Positions 39,044-53,830 of a stretch of 64,000 nucleotides of DNA are shown in pieces (within the stretch, counting starts at the first letter, position 1; each line of letters opens with the position of its first letter). The stretch lies in assembly GCF_006345805.1 (NCBI RefSeq), contig NC_043001.1, forward strand, positions 52,452,001-52,516,000, given 5' to 3'. The position numbers were made by a program, and so were the translations under genes. The notes beneath the pieces were generated by a model that ran no database searches, was not told where the DNA came from, and was given only the letters and a program-made list of their open reading frames with translations. This DNA is from Octopus sinensis. Taxonomy: Eukaryota.

Positions 39044-40078
39044 CATACACACGTACATGCAGTCCGACAGACAGACAAACACCAACGCACCACCACATCT
39101 CACACACACGCCTGGTGCACGCCTGGTGCACGCACCCATGAATCTCATACACACGCAGCTGATAAGCTGATACGACACATATACCTGCATTTTCTCACAT
39201 GACTGATACGCACCTGCATCCATAAGTACCCACACCCTAGCAAACACGCAAACACGCAGCGACGAGTTAATGCCATTAGCTCTCACCCACATGACAGCTT
39301 GCACACATGCGCACCCCCACACTCAGAGAAGATACAAACACACAGGCATCAGACACCTCCATCTTCGCACTCATACATCTAGCAAACTCTCACCTGCAAT
39401 TCCCTCCCAAGCCCAGACAGATATCAAGGTTCCACCAGTTTCCTGCCCACCCTCTTGGCCCTAGGAATTTTCGTTTTTAATACATCTGGTGCCCTTGGAA
39501 TGTCGACCCCACCCCTACCAGCACCATGTGGCTCACATTGACCAATGGCAGCCCAGTTTCTGGTAGTCATATTCGACTTCTCGGATCATCTTCATTCAGT
39601 TGACTTAGTCCGGCGAGCTAGGTTCCTGTGAAAAGCCTACGAAATTTTAAGTTGAACGTTGCTGAATAAAACTGTTTTAAATAATAAAGTTTATGTATGT
39701 ATGTATGTATGTATGTATGTATGTATGTATGTATGTATGTATGTATGTATGTATGTATGTATGCATGCATGCATGTATGTATGTATCTGGACACGAACAC
39801 TTTTCTCCACGTGTTCGGCTTAAAAATTCAGACTGTAGGTTACTTTTTAAATGTTCTTAGCATAAAACAAGTGGCAGCCTTAATTCACAGATAAAGATAT
39901 GAAGTTTTCCTATCTTGTCGTTAAAAAGACGAAATAGGAAGTAGTAAAACAGTCGATAACTGACGAGTGAGTTATCTCCTTTTGGTATTTTGTCCTGTAA
40001 TTATCTCTCGTGTGGTTACGTATATTTCACTCGTTGGTGATGTTCTGTACTTAATGTGTATATATATATATATGCATA

Positions 40079-40122
<44 letters not shown>

Positions 40123-40139
40123 TATTATTATTATTATGA

Positions 40140-40690
40140 TTGAGTGAGAGAGCAGTGCATGCCATCAAAGTGACACTGGGGCAAAATATATGTAGCCCAG
40201 TATACCCGTCTGATAAGGGTACACCAGGCACATGAATCACAATTATATGTGCGTGACATGTTGATCTCATAACAAGATTAACAGCGCATGACCTTACAGG
40301 TGGAGCCCAGTAGAAATTTTCTTCAGGTCGCGTAGCCCACCCTGCTCAAGTTGTCCCTGAATAAGTGTTGTTTAAGGATGATGAACAAAACCCCATGTTT
40401 CCTAACGTAAATTATTCAGACCCCAAAGAATTTATTCAGACCCTCAACACACGGCTATGATGCTCCCCCATTACTTCCCTTGTGATCAGAGATGCACATA
40501 TCATCAGCCACTAAGGGACATGCTCATCTGGTTAAGGTGAAACAAATCTGTGGTATAGAGCAGAATATTTGCTGTAGCCATATCTTTTATACCAAGACAA
40601 AACAATGTACATGATAACACTTCCAATCAGTTAAGATCAGTTTAGATCAGAAGCGATGAGAACCACTGCCAGGTATTGCATCAAGGCATT
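40140..40690 (-). mobile_element. non-coding interspersed repeat embedded in (TAA)n; a second 3'-end copy at 53645-53690 (+)
   Basis: Flanked both sides by (TTA)n. The reverse complement of 40140-40181 matches cccagtctcaatttcatggcacgcacagctctttcactcaat, which is also followed by (TAA)n. Confidence 0.65.
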
Positions 40691-40726
40691 TATTATTATT
40701 ATCATTGAGCCTGTGAATCAATACCT

Positions 40727-40909
40727 TTAAAACTTTCAATTACAATCACCTCTTTTGAAGAGTAATAGAATATGTTATGCGTCATAAAATGACGTGCCAC
40801 AAAATAGTGAGATTTCACTAGATGAGATTCATATTAAACGTCTTAATACATTCATATATATATATATATTATATATATATATATAATATATATATATATA
40901 TATACATAC

Positions 40910-40983
<74 letters not shown>

Positions 40984-41080
40984 ACTTCAACTTGTCTCTT
41001 GAGGTCTCTGGGTGAGACTTAGAGCCAACTTGTACAAATGTAAATTAAAAGTCAAACTTATAATAATAATAGTAATAATA

Positions 41081-41137
<57 letters not shown>

Positions 41138-41359
41138 TAATAATAATAATTATTATTATTATTATTATTATTATAATTATTATTATTATTATTGCATATA
41201 TATATATATATATAATATATATATATATATATGAATGTATTAAGACGTTTAATAAGAATTTCATCTTGTGAAATCTCACTATTTTGTGGCACGTCATTTT
41301 ATGATGCATAATATATTCTATTACAGTTCAAGAGTGGTGAGTATAATTGAAAGTTTTAA
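40727..41359. repeat. inverted repeat whose arms include (TA)n and (AAT)n tracts
   Basis: 40727-40855 is the reverse complement of 41230-41359, and the microsatellite order is mirrored. Both ends are TTAA. Confidence 0.88.
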
Positions 41360-42761
41360 CAAGCTGAGTGAAAATAAACTTTGGATGCCATTTACAAAAG
41401 TTCTTTTTAAATATTGAAGAATGTTTACAATTATTAGAGAAGTAAAGGCTTTAGTCGTAAACATTCTTAAGGCTGCATTCCTTCTTTGAGCGAAACAATC
41501 GTCCCTGACACGAATTAATATGGATTAATTTATTCAACATGCGTGTCACTTGCCATAAACTTAGTTAATTTAGATACGAGTTCAAAGAAATGTAACACGA
41601 TATCTGCATTAAGCAATAGAGGACTACAAGAGATAAAGCAAGAAATGGAATTTCCTAATGAAATGAATACAATTAAAGATTTACAATGATTTCATGTGGT
41701 ATAGAGTATAAAATTAGATAAGAAAAATAAATAGAAACATGAGGTGTTTAAAAGTGATTTAGCTCATGGAAGCTATAGAATTGAGTAAAGAATTACAAAA
41801 GGAAAACAAATATCGCAATGCATATAGTTGAATTTGTATCTCCCACTTTGTCCCACTCACTCATTCAATCAAATGCTTTATCTTCTCAAATGTACACACA
41901 CTCAAAATGCGATTGTTTACCTTACATCGGCACTGTGCTGGGTGGCTATTCTTTACTTCGTAAACAATTCAATACGAATTGTAGTTTATTTGTATTATAT
42001 AGTAATAAGGGACAATTTCTGTGATATATTCATATGCATGTATACTTATGAGCATGTACATATGTATGCATGTATGTATACTGGTGTTTTCGTCTGTACG
42101 TGCAGCGTCACACCAAGCTCTCAGTTAGCAGGAACCTGACAACCCTGGAGTAACCAGAAAGCCTGTTGATATTTCTTTGTTGAGTTATGTTCCAGTAATG
42201 ACATTGTAGTTCGTGTCGATAAACTTGATGTGCCATGTATCTGGCATTATTTTCTGTGACGTTGTGCCCTTGTGCTAGCACAGGTCTTCGATAACCTGTG
42301 TCTCACAGAATCCATCTAAATGTTTCTAGTTTCCGCTGTAGTCTCTAAAGAGCCAGTATGTATAGAACGGACGAGAATGTACAATCTGACTGAAGGTATG
42401 ATACTGAAAGCTTCCGTAGATCACCGTTCACCTAACAATGAAAAAGATATCGCTGTACATTGCGGAATCCCTCAGCAAAAGAGGGAAATGAAACTAACAA
42501 CTACCAAGTATTAGTGGTTGACTCTATATATACAAAGTTTCGATTGATCTAAATTGATCAGCTTTCTACACGTGCCTGTTTCATTAAGCATCTTTACTGT
42601 GATATCGCATAGATTTGCAGGTTATCGTGAGTTGATCTGTTTAGAATATTTGCCTGCGCCTAACCAGTCAGGAAATCAGCGTGAAGTCTCAACATCTTTG
42701 CAAGTATGTAGCCCGTTATGGACTGTAAATTATCAATGTTCGAACCTTTACTCAGCAATTT

Positions 42762-42817
<56 letters not shown>

Positions 42818-42974
42818 ACGTATATATATGTATATACTATTCACACCTTGATTATATGAAGTTTACTTTGCCATTAGGAGACCCATACGGAGGATTCAAT
42901 GAAAATGTTTTATATATACATATACACAGTCTGATATACATATACATATATAAATGTATATATGTATACATATA

Positions 42975-43950
42975 TACACTGGTCGAAATAAGTTTCAGAC
43001 CGAAGGTGGCTGTTCTATTCCTTCATTAATTTATTTTTAACAAAACTGTATGAAATTATTTTACGTTTTACACTTTATATAGATATTTTTTTTCTCTTTC
43101 GAATGATATCGGCTTTGTATATCTATCTACAATTTGAATAATTTTAGTGCGCAATTAATTTAAATTATTAAAAATTGTCTGCAAAATATGTTTAAGACTG
43201 TACCAATATTATTTCGCTTAAATTGAAAATTTGCAGCACAAATGATCTACGAACAGAAATGTTTTAGAAGTATCTTGTAGTATCTAGTTAAATTGCCGTT
43301 ATTTTCAATTACAACAGCGGGTGACAGGGTGCAACAAATGAGCACAAAAATCACATGTAATGTTCTTCCATATTTCTTCGATAAGATTATATAATTGAGA
43401 CAATTTTTTTTTTTTAGCATAAACTCTTTTAGAAACATAATTCCAACAAATTTTCTATTGGATCCAGATCCGGGCTCTGCGGAGGCCACTCAGTAACTAC
43501 CATATTATTGAGCTCAAAATATTGCAAAACTTTCCTAGCATTGTGAACAGGGCAATTGTCCTGCAGGAAAATAGATCCCGGTGGCAGCTGATTATTTAAA
43601 TATGGCAGCACATTTTCATTTACTAATGGCAGATGGCTGATGCTGTTCAGTCTACCATCAATCTTAACAATTGGACCGACAACTAAGCTGTTGAACGTGG
43701 CCAACACTATTACACTATCGACTCCCGCTTGTGCCGTTTTCTTGACGCAGTTATGATGAAATTCTTCAGTTGAATCTCTTTTCGAAAACATTCATAATGT
43801 AAATTGTTTAAGTTTTCAAGCGCATATATCGGAATGCATGAAGCAGAAACTACACTCTCAAATGGATTTTTAGCATAAGACTGGAGTACATGCTTTGTAG
43901 ATTGTAAGATATGATTTGGTGAAGATTTAACAGCTATTTCCAACTATATG
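42975..43950 (-). mobile_element. Tc1 (DD34E) element, 3' part with TIR
   Basis: IFLQDNCPVH..WPPQSPDLDPIENL. Terminus TA|cactggtcgaaataagtttcagacc. Confidence 0.9.
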
Positions 43951-46900
43951 GATAATATTATTTTGTTACAACGTTTCGTATCGAGATGTCAGATGTAGAA
44001 ATAACATTAACAAAATAATGTAATAAGTACTGGGATCTTTACCTTTTGACCTACAGATTTTAAAAATAATTTTGTGTAACTAAACACTTTCAAACTTCGG
44101 ACACTGCTAGAATGTCTCATATAAAACCTATTTTACTCTTAGCATTTTTGAGAAAGACTTATATTTACGAAGTTATTTTACGTTAAAGTTGACGTAATTC
44201 CGTCATTTCAAACAATCAACGACGTGTATTCAGCTGAGTAAAATTACTGCTGGTGTTCGTCAACAAGAACTTCCGGTTAAAGTACAGCACATGCATCAGA
44301 TCACTATACACAAAATCATTTGTGCAGGTTGTTCTGCAAAAATTGCTGATCCGTTTTCCTTGGACTTCGGGAGACTACCATCATCACTATTGCATTTTAC
44401 ACTCCTTTGAGGATGTAGTGTCGCTCAACTCAATCAAGAAACCAATAATATAAAATATTACAAGGCGGCAAAGTGGTAAAATCGTTATTACACCAGGTAA
44501 AAGGCTTAGCCTTTCATCATTTTGGGATTGATAAAATAAGTACCAGTTCGACAGTGCGGTTGATGTAATGCCAAAATGATAAAACGATATTTAAAAATAT
44601 AGTCAGAGTAAAAAAAAAAAGAGTAAAAGAGCTTGTAATGATATTTAATTTCTAACATGACTTATTTTATGCTTTTAGCAGTACGAAGTTTGTAATAATT
44701 TTCAACAAGTCCAGGAATGACGAAACAATTTTTACAAGGAATAAGTTACGCATTAGTGAAATATACAAAGAAAGAAAAACCTGCGTGTAGATACGGTTGT
44801 GAGATAAGTATTTCCTTTCTCAAACATATACTTTCGGGTTCGTTCCTGCTGCTTATTTTGGGCAGGTGTCTGTTATGGCTTCGAGTTGATAAATGAATTG
44901 TCAATGAAAATAGTTGATGAAGATTGTGTTGAAGTCCATTGTATATGTACAGGGTGCGACGTGGTTTGAAAGGTGGCAATGTTATCCTCATGTTTTATGT
45001 ATGCTTTTGTTTTCAATTACTATTACTAGTGCATATTTTGCATCTGCTACTGGAAAATGGTGAATCTGAGTTTTTTTGTCTGTATGTCTGCATGTATGCA
45101 TGCATTTATCTGTCTATGGAGAAACGTTAGTATATATCTACACGTGTGTGTGTTTGCGTACATGTGCGCCTGTGTTTGTATGCGTATCTGGGCGTCTATC
45201 TCTCAGTGTCTCTTCGTCTGTGACTCCCTTTACTTAGAAATCGCTTGAAAAATATAGCGTATTTGTTCATATTAAGGAAACCTAGCAAGCGATGAATAGA
45301 GGTGGTGAGATAAGCACCAGACTTAAACATAAACACTGTGGTTAATGTGATTGATGAAAGCCCTTCAAAGCGGGCGATCGAATAATGAAGATAAAAGAGG
45401 AAAGGACAATAGATAGCAGTGACTTCGCAAAGAGCAGCTAGAAATCGATAGCATCACGACAAATTATTTTGAAAATAGTTGAATTATGTATAGTTTTTTT
45501 TCTTTTCGATTTAGCCAAACTAATATACTGAGCATTGCTGTACTCAGCAGAAAGATATCGATTTATTACTTTTTATAAACGGCACATACTATCATTTTTA
45601 GAAACAAGCATACATACGCAAACGCACATTCATTCAACAATACATTCGTATGTAACATATTCAAAAATACAGGCCAACATGCATGCATATATCCATACAA
45701 GAATTTCCACTCAACCACACGTTGTTGCATCCGGATACACACGGTTCTCATTACAACACTTTCGTATAATACACACAGAAAAAAGGACCCTTCTTACTGC
45801 AAAATTTGAAAGGCAACCATGAATTATATTATATTTTACCATAATATATAGAATATGATTCGTGAAATGAAATGCAACACTACCGATATATCTGTGTTAA
45901 TAATATGTGAGCTGACTTTAAGTGTATCATTTATACAAAAACTCTGTTTGTTGATGAAGGAAAATAAATAACTGAATAAATAAGTAAATGAATAATAATT
46001 AAAAGCAATTTTAAAACTTGTTAAAACTAAATTCATTCTAACTTTATTCTAATTTTTAAAATGTTTTGAAGCGGATGTTTCAAATATGGAGTTTTGAAGT
46101 TTTCAACATTTAATTGAAACATTTAATTGAAACATTTGAAGTATTTGTTTCCTTTCTTTTAGACTTCAAATATTAAAATTTATTATGTTGTAATATTCTG
46201 TGTTAACTTCATCTATAATTTTGTTGTATATATATTGTGTTGCTTCAATACATCGTTTGATACGAAACATCTAATATTATAAATTGTGCGAAATTTTTGT
46301 ATCCAGTTGCCATGAATTGTGTACCGTAAAATTTATGATATTGGTACATCTTAGGTTATATTTACATTGACGAAATTATAGCTTACAAATTACTGCATAC
46401 ACTTTATATAAAATGTTTAGAAAACCTCGATTATTTAGATAATTTTATTTCGATCTTTCAATATATATTGGTAATTGTTAGAAGAACTATTACGTTATTA
46501 ATGATTGTAAAGTTATTTATTTATTTATTTATTTATTAAGAAAAAAATCATTACTTTCATAAATGAAAAGATGGAATATATTAATTATGCAATAATAATG
46601 TATAAGTCTGTATAGAAAAGCATGTTGCCGACAGTGCCTGCAAAATAATATTACAATATATAAAATATTTTGCATAAACAAAACTTGGATTCAAGCGACT
46701 CAGGAATTCTGGAAATTTTCAAATAAACTGAAAACAGAAGATACACTTAAATTACAATTATTGTCGTGTACTCAACCACAAAGTACAGCTGTCCAACCTG
46801 TAGAAGTACTTAATGCGAAATCAGCACTTACATAATACAAATATACATACATGCATATGTATATACATATACGTATATACATATATATACTTATATACAT

Positions 46901-47737
46901 ATATAGACATATATATACATATAAATGTGTATGTGTTTATGTGTAGGTGTTTGTGTGTGTGTGTTTGTGTCTGTGTCTGTATTTGTGTCTGTATGTGTGT
47001 GTATACGTATATCTTAAAATTCAGTTTTCTCGTAAATTTTGTGAAACAGACTTGGAGCTAGTTAAACAACATGTAATGAAATATTTTCGTAAATATTTGC
47101 AGATAATGGCCATTTATTACTACGTTAATATCTTGTGGACTTTTCGCTAACTCGATTTCGCTCGTCAAACTTAGCTTCGGTCAAATTATATGTATGTTAG
47201 TATCTTAATAAAATTTGTAGCTTTCGGTCTTGATACATAAGTCTAAAGAAAGTATATGTCTATCGTTAATTGAATTGAAAGTGACTATTGTATGTTCAAC
47301 AAGAAACAGTGTTACTATTTATGAACAAGGCTCAAACTCTTACCAGATATATGCCATTTTAAGCGCTATTTTAAAATTTTGTATTGCATCGATTGGAGTT
47401 TTAATATTTTACAATAGATTTCCAAATATACAATTTAATACAATCTCTATATCAATCGTGTATTTTTTTATATTATCTGGTTCAAAAGAAAAATACCGCT
47501 ACAGCTTTAAAGTGATTACTTATGAGTCTTTTTTTTATAACACGCATCGGATATTGTTTGAGAAAACACATCACACTCAAAATAACACTGGTCATCACAC
47601 TTTTTCTGGCTTCGGTTTTGTGATTGTCTTTAGTTAATTTTGAGATGCTGGTTTCAAATAGGGCATCCATTTTTCCTTGCACATCAAGTTTTCATTCTAT
47701 AGCATTTCCCTATTTTATGATGTACTGTATAAATAAT

Positions 47738-49110
47738 ATACTTGGTCAAGATAGTTTACTAAGTCTTATAGCTTAAAACCATAATTTATAAATGTCAATA
47801 GAAGACGAAATGTAAGATAGCACCACCATTTACTAAATACATACTACTAATTTTCTGATATGATGGCTAATGCAGAAACAATCGTACTTATACCTTCATA
47901 TCCATAGAACAAATTTTCGCTTACGAGAGCATGTGGAGTATTTCATGTCTACACAGTCGCTTTGAATGCTTCAACAGCAGTCTGCCGTCGTGTGTGTGTC
48001 CCATTGGCCTTGATACCTCTCCTCCATAATCTTGATTGTTTGATGAACGGGTTCACCATGTTCATCGCTCATGTCACCGAAATTAGCAGGAAATTCATCG
48101 AGATGGCTGTTGAGAAAATGAAGCTTTATGTTCATGTTGTAGCCTAAAAGATGAAAGCTATCAAGTATTGTCTCCACCAACTCTAAAAGAGTTTCCATTC
48201 ATTAGGATCATACTGTTCAATACACATCATTTTTAACAGTCCTGCCACGTCACAACAGTAAGAAAAATAGTTTCCAGTTGTAACGAATGCCAAGAGATCT
48301 TTTTCCTTGTTCTGGTAAAAAAGTAACGTTTGTTTCTTTCTGCAACAAATTCTTCTCTTTAAGTATAAAAGGTAACAGTTCTGATAACTCTTTTGACAGT
48401 CCTAGGTCTCTAACTAAATCATTAGGTTCTGCCTGGTTGAAGATTGCACTTCTTTGGTTGATGATTCTATAAAATCTGTATCACAGTCATGTTCATGATT
48501 CATATCGACTACACATATATCTGTTTTATCATGGAATGAAGGTAGATCCTTGAAAACGGGAAGTGGTATTTCACCTGAGTGAAGCACTGGATGAATTACT
48601 GAATCCAGATTTGGGTAACCTATTTTCTGTCATGTTCTCTTGATTTAACAAGAAGTTTTGTGAGACAAAAGTAGCAGTCGCTTACATAGTTCTTTTGTTC
48701 CCACCATAACATAGGAATGACAAATGTTTGTTGTTTCTTTGTGCTCTTTGTTAATTGGTGTAGATCTTCGACATAGGTTATACATACATTGTGCCGGCCC
48801 ACGATTTATCCTGATCACCAACTTTAATCTTTAATTAAACCAAGTAGTATCTTTTCCCAATTTCACTAACTTTCATTCTTTGAATTGGTACTGTAAAACA
48901 CCCACATACATAACAAAAAGTGTCAGTGGGGATTCAAACATTTCAAACGTGGAGCTACGGGTAAGGCTAATATGGGCCAACCCGATGAAAAGAAGAAAAT
49001 TAGACGTGATAGAAAAAGCTATTGTCCTTTTTAAACTCAGTAACCGCAAATTACACCAAAATAGGTCTCAGACTTAGGCTATCAGAAAAACTTAGAATTT
49101 GTTGGCCAGG
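47738..49110 (-). mobile_element. internally deleted Chapaev3-like (CMC) transposon
   Basis: KVGDQDKSWA, PMLWWEQKNYVSDCYFC, DLVRDLGLSKE, MNIKLHFLNSHLDEFPANFGDMSDEHGE..EERYQGQW..ADCC. Confidence 0.8.
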
Positions 49111-49744
49111 TTAATTATCCTATCAGTAATTACACTGTAATTAGGATAAATGTAGGTTTCATCACAAAAGATGCTTTTTTAGAATTTAAGATAAGTGTTA
49201 TTACAATAGAGAGGAAGTACTTTAAAATGAGTTTCAGAGATAACCAATGCGACTTCAGTGCAAATCGTCTAGTTTGAGCAATCTTGTTTTAGCTATGAAG
49301 CTACAAATATTACAGAATTTTTATGTAAAACTATTGGCATTGTGTCAACAATTCGTAGCTTGCCATTGTAAAGTAACCATCCTTCACTAGCAAGCCAGAT
49401 CTTCCTAACATATAGCATGCTTTCGTAAATTGATGTAGGCAGCAATATAGCCATGAACGCGAAGACACAATCGAAACAGACTAACTTGACCCAGCAGCAC
49501 ATCCAAGGTGTATGAACTGGAGTGGAACAGAATCAACCGGTCAGTTCTCGTTTACAGCTGTATATAATTGAGCAACGTCAAATGAAATGTCTAGCTCAAT
49601 GTCATAACGCGCCGTCCTGACAAGGAGTTCAAATCACGGAATTATGATTTTGAGCTGGACACATTCCTGCTCAACTTATTTGTTTAAATTAGGTAATTTT
49701 TTGGAGATACATCCGTACACGTTTCACTAAGAAAAATAAACATC

Positions 49745-50150
49745 GGATTTTTTTGCGTGGAATTAAGTACCCTGACCTCCTAATGTGCCGCAAACCCCTT
49801 ATTCTTGTTTCGAAGAAAGGAAGGGGCAACCGGACCAACCCCTATCCCAGAAACATTGGAAATATTTTTTCGTTGAATGAATTACGGTGACCTTTTAATA
49901 TGCGAGAAAATCTATTTTTTGTCCGGAAAACGAGGGTGGGGGAGAATCCTCGGTAATTTCACCCTTCCCCTTTCCGGAACCATTGGAAAATTCTTGTTTT
50001 TTTCCGTTGAATGAATTATGGTGGCCTCCTAATATGCCACAAAACACTTCTTTTGTCCGGAAAACGGGAGTTGGGGCATGCTGGAACCCTCAAGAATTTC
50101 ATCTCCCGCTCCAAACATTTTATAGAAATACGTTTTCGAGGGTGTGGATT
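49745..50150. repeat. three imperfect tandem copies of a ~125-bp unit
   Basis: ttttt(c)cgttgaatgaatta..cct(cc)taatatgc..ttttgtccggaaaacg recurs near 49750, 49865 and 49997. Confidence 0.7.
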
Positions 50151-50280
50151 ACATGGTTCGTTATTAAATATGTATTTACTAATTGTTACTATATGAGTTA
50201 ATATGCTAACAGTTTTATTGTGTGTATTTTATGGTAAAAATAATTTTTATGAAGTCGTAGTCTACGAAATGTGTGTATGC

Positions 50281-50329
<49 letters not shown>

Positions 50330-50824
50330 GTGCACATATACATATGTCTCACATTCAAAAACACATGTATGCACATGTACATGTACACCAATGTTTGGAC
50401 ATGCATACGCGTGGAAGCGTATGTATCTGTATATTTCAGAATAATAGTAACTTTTGTATATGTAGGTAATTGTAATTTGTAATTATATCTATATCCCTTT
50501 TGACTCCTTTTTTCTCTATCTTTGCACCGTATAAGCATTCTTATCTTTCTTGTACGGTGTCCCCTCTTTCATATACACCCTCAAATAAAACAGGTGAAAT
50601 GCATAATTCCATGTGTATTTTTTCGCAGATATGTTCTCTGCAAATAATACCAGTTTACTCGTTTATTTGCGGCTGGTTTGTTCTTTTTTTGCGTCTTGAA
50701 AGGTGGGAGCATTTAGCCGAAACTCTAAACAACTATACCCTCCCTTTCGAGATATACTTAATTTCAAGAATAAGAATATCAACTCACTCGACGTTCTGAC
50801 GTTTACTAAAACATATATATATTG

Positions 50825-51210
50825 CTTTTCTTCATTTGATTGCGGCCATGCTGGAGCACCATCTTTAGTCTAATAAAACGACCCCAGGTCTTATTCTTTG
50901 TTAGCTTAGTACGTATGTTGTCATTGTCTTTTGCTGAACCGCTAAGTTACGAGGACATAAACGCATCAACATCGATTGTCAAGCGATGGTGCGGGGACAA
51001 ACACAAACACACACACACACACACACACAACACACACACACACACACACACACACAGATATATATATATATATATATATACGACTGGCTTCTTTCAGTTT
51101 ACGTCTACAAGTTCCACTCACAAGGCTTTGGTAGGCCCAAGTCTATAGAAGAAGATTTACCCATGGTTCCACGCTGTGGAACTGAAGCCGGAACTATGAG
51201 GTTAAGAGAG
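50825..51210 (-). mobile_element. SINE family A
   Basis: tgcggccatgctggagcacc tail (reverse) and ccactcacaaggctttgg body. Confidence 0.85.
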
Positions 51211-51645
51211 ATCTGCGTGCAACCTATATAATGAAACCTAGAGTGATCATGCGTTGTGATAGTAGCTTTATATACAGTATTTTTTATTTAAAATTACCTT
51301 TAACCTCACAAGTGTAAGGGTTTTATAATTATATTTCTTACTAATATCAGACGTACTATTGTTTTGATCATAATTTTTGTTCTGATTATAATATTTTTCT
51401 TAGATATTTGTATTGTCCTTTGAAATGCGCATATATAATGAATTCAAATTTGTATTAAATCTAATTTTGATGCCACATCTTTTTCTCCTCCATTTTTATA
51501 TAATTATTTATGGTATATTTATATCTATGATGATATTTTTCATCTATGTATATATATATGTATATATATGAATATATATATATATATATATATACATTTA
51601 TATATATATGTATATATATATATGTGTGTGTATATATATTAATAT

Positions 51646-51692
<47 letters not shown>

Positions 51693-51724
51693 GTATATAT
51701 ATATATGTGTGTGTATATATATTA

Positions 51725-51751
<27 letters not shown>

Positions 51752-51755
<4 letters not shown>

Positions 51756-51960
51756 ATCCAAACATGAAAACACAACGAGAAAACACAAAAACGCGAGGAC
51801 GCGGAACCAGTATAGTGTTATTGGACGCTCAGGAAAGGAAGGAAAGAAGGAGGGTTTAACGTTTCGAGCGGAGCTCTTCGTCAGAAACATAGGAAAAGGA
51901 AAGATCCAAGGAGGGAAAGACGGAGGAAAAAATCGCCAACGGTGCATACGTGGCTCGTAT
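51752..51960 (-). mobile_element. Penelope-like terminal fragment in (TA)n (second copy 58103-58310)
   Basis: Two similar copies, each carrying a mini-hammerhead and flanked by (TA)n. Confidence 0.7.
51854..51888 (-). ncRNA. minimal hammerhead ribozyme variant, intact core
   Basis: Minus strand gttt CTGACGA a gagc-tcc-gctc GAAA cg TT aaac. Palindromic AACGTT replaces helix III. Confidence 0.8.
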
Positions 51961-52123
51961 ATATGCATATATATGTAAATATGTATATATATATATGTGT
52001 GTGTGTGTGCGCGTGTGTGCGTGTATGTGTGTGTGCGTGTGTGTGTGTGTGTGTGTATTGATATATACGTTCATGTATATGTAGGTATCTCTATCTCAAA
52101 ATGTGTGCGCGCGAGCTTGCATG

Positions 52124-52880
52124 TATAGGGTGCTTGGGACAAATACGACAGTTTGCATAAGAGCAAAAACCCACAATATAAACTATCTTAAAACTGAAAT
52201 TATCAACGAGATTATGATTGGAGGTTAACAGTTTATCCAAATTGCCGCCTTTAGATTTAACTACAGCATCAAAACGGCTCCTGGTCTTGGTGCATGTGTA
52301 CGTGGGAGAATCATCGAACACTTCGATCTTGGTCAACAGCTCGCCCTTGGTATTGCAGGAAGAAAGGCCGTCGTATTTCGCAACAGCGTCCCACACAGAG
52401 TAAACATGGGTTACATTCGAGGGAGTTAGCAGGTCGTAATTGAGGTTGCAGAAGTCGTAAAACATTTCTGACAACCACATTTCTGACACAGGGGGCATGT
52501 CAAGGATCAGAATCGTTCTACCACGCATATGGCTCTCCAGTTTCAAGCCTCTCCAGGGCGAGAATTGACCTCATTCTCCAGCAGCTTCTAAATGGAACCT
52601 AAGGCCCTGTTCGAAGATGTGAGTGTGAAACCTGGTGTTTGGAGCAGTCAGAATACTGATCACTTGGAGATGGCCACGGCTTCTTAGACTCCGCTGCAAC
52701 TCTGCATGTCACATCTTACAGCCTTTACATTTTCACAGTGCACTGAAAATCAGTAATGATTATGATACGCGACGATGCAAGCAACTCTTTTCCAATATAC
52801 ATGAGGCTCACATTGTGACCTGTCAGAATTTCCTGAACTATATTTTGAATTTCTAAAGCCACTGACTATTCACCAGTATA
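52124..52880 (-). mobile_element. internally deleted maT/DD37D-like Tc1-mariner element
   Basis: IFEQGLR; PYAW*NDSDP*H (WQQDSAPCH-like); WLSEMFYDF..VWDAV..CNTKGEL..RSRFDAVVKSKGG. End tatagggtg. Confidence 0.7.
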
Positions 52881-53751
52881 GCAAGCTGTTCTTGAAAAAG
52901 CGAGATGTAAAAACTCATACGTAACTAATCGATATATACGTACCTAAATTAGTTATAATATTCGATAGACTTACCCAACAATGTTGGGTTGGATTCGTTC
53001 GCCATCATCAAGATATTATTTCACCTTTTTATACCTGTTTAGAAGTTTATGGGAAGATGGTAGAATAAAACTGTACCGAATCAGGTGTCGTAAATTTAAA
53101 ACACTGTTTTTGTTATTTTAACACACAAAGACACGCACGCGCGCACACACATACATACACACGCACATATATAAATACAGAAATATTTCGAGTTACGTTA
53201 AGAAGCAGTGTACAGGACTGTACTTTACGACTCGAGTCGAATATAACAAACTACTCTGAACCGATGTTAGGGTCTCCTCACTGCCATCGAGTCGTGTTGT
53301 AATAATGAAGTGAACCCAAATAGTGATATATTAAACGCATTGAATGCCTATGTTTCAGGTTTGTGCAATACGTAATAGGAAACGTATATTTTATGTAAAC
53401 TTTCGTCAGTTAATGCGTTTAGAAATGTTAAGAAATTGATGGAGAAAATTCCTTATATATGTGGTTAGTGCAATAAGTTAGCTACAAAGTTATGGAGATA
53501 TCTATGCATGAGATCTAGAGAGACGGAGAAAGAGACAGCGAAACAGAAAGAGAGAAGGAGAAAAGCGATGAGAAGATTATGTAGAATGAGATAGTGCGGA
53601 GAAGAAAAGGATGTATGTGAAATTAACATTCAAAGAAAATTGAATTACCCCAGTCTCAATTTCATGGCACGCACAGCTCTTTCACTCAATGACAGAAATA
53701 ATAATAGTAATAAAACTGATGATGCTTATGATGCTGATGATAATAATAATG

Positions 53752-53830
<79 letters not shown>

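Noticed and set aside
39905-39980. GAAA..CTGACGA as a permuted hammerhead
   Set aside because: Helices I-III cannot be formed around the core.
50690-50730. ttgaaaggtggg..gccgaaactcta as a hammerhead
   Set aside because: Core too degenerate and helices unsupported.
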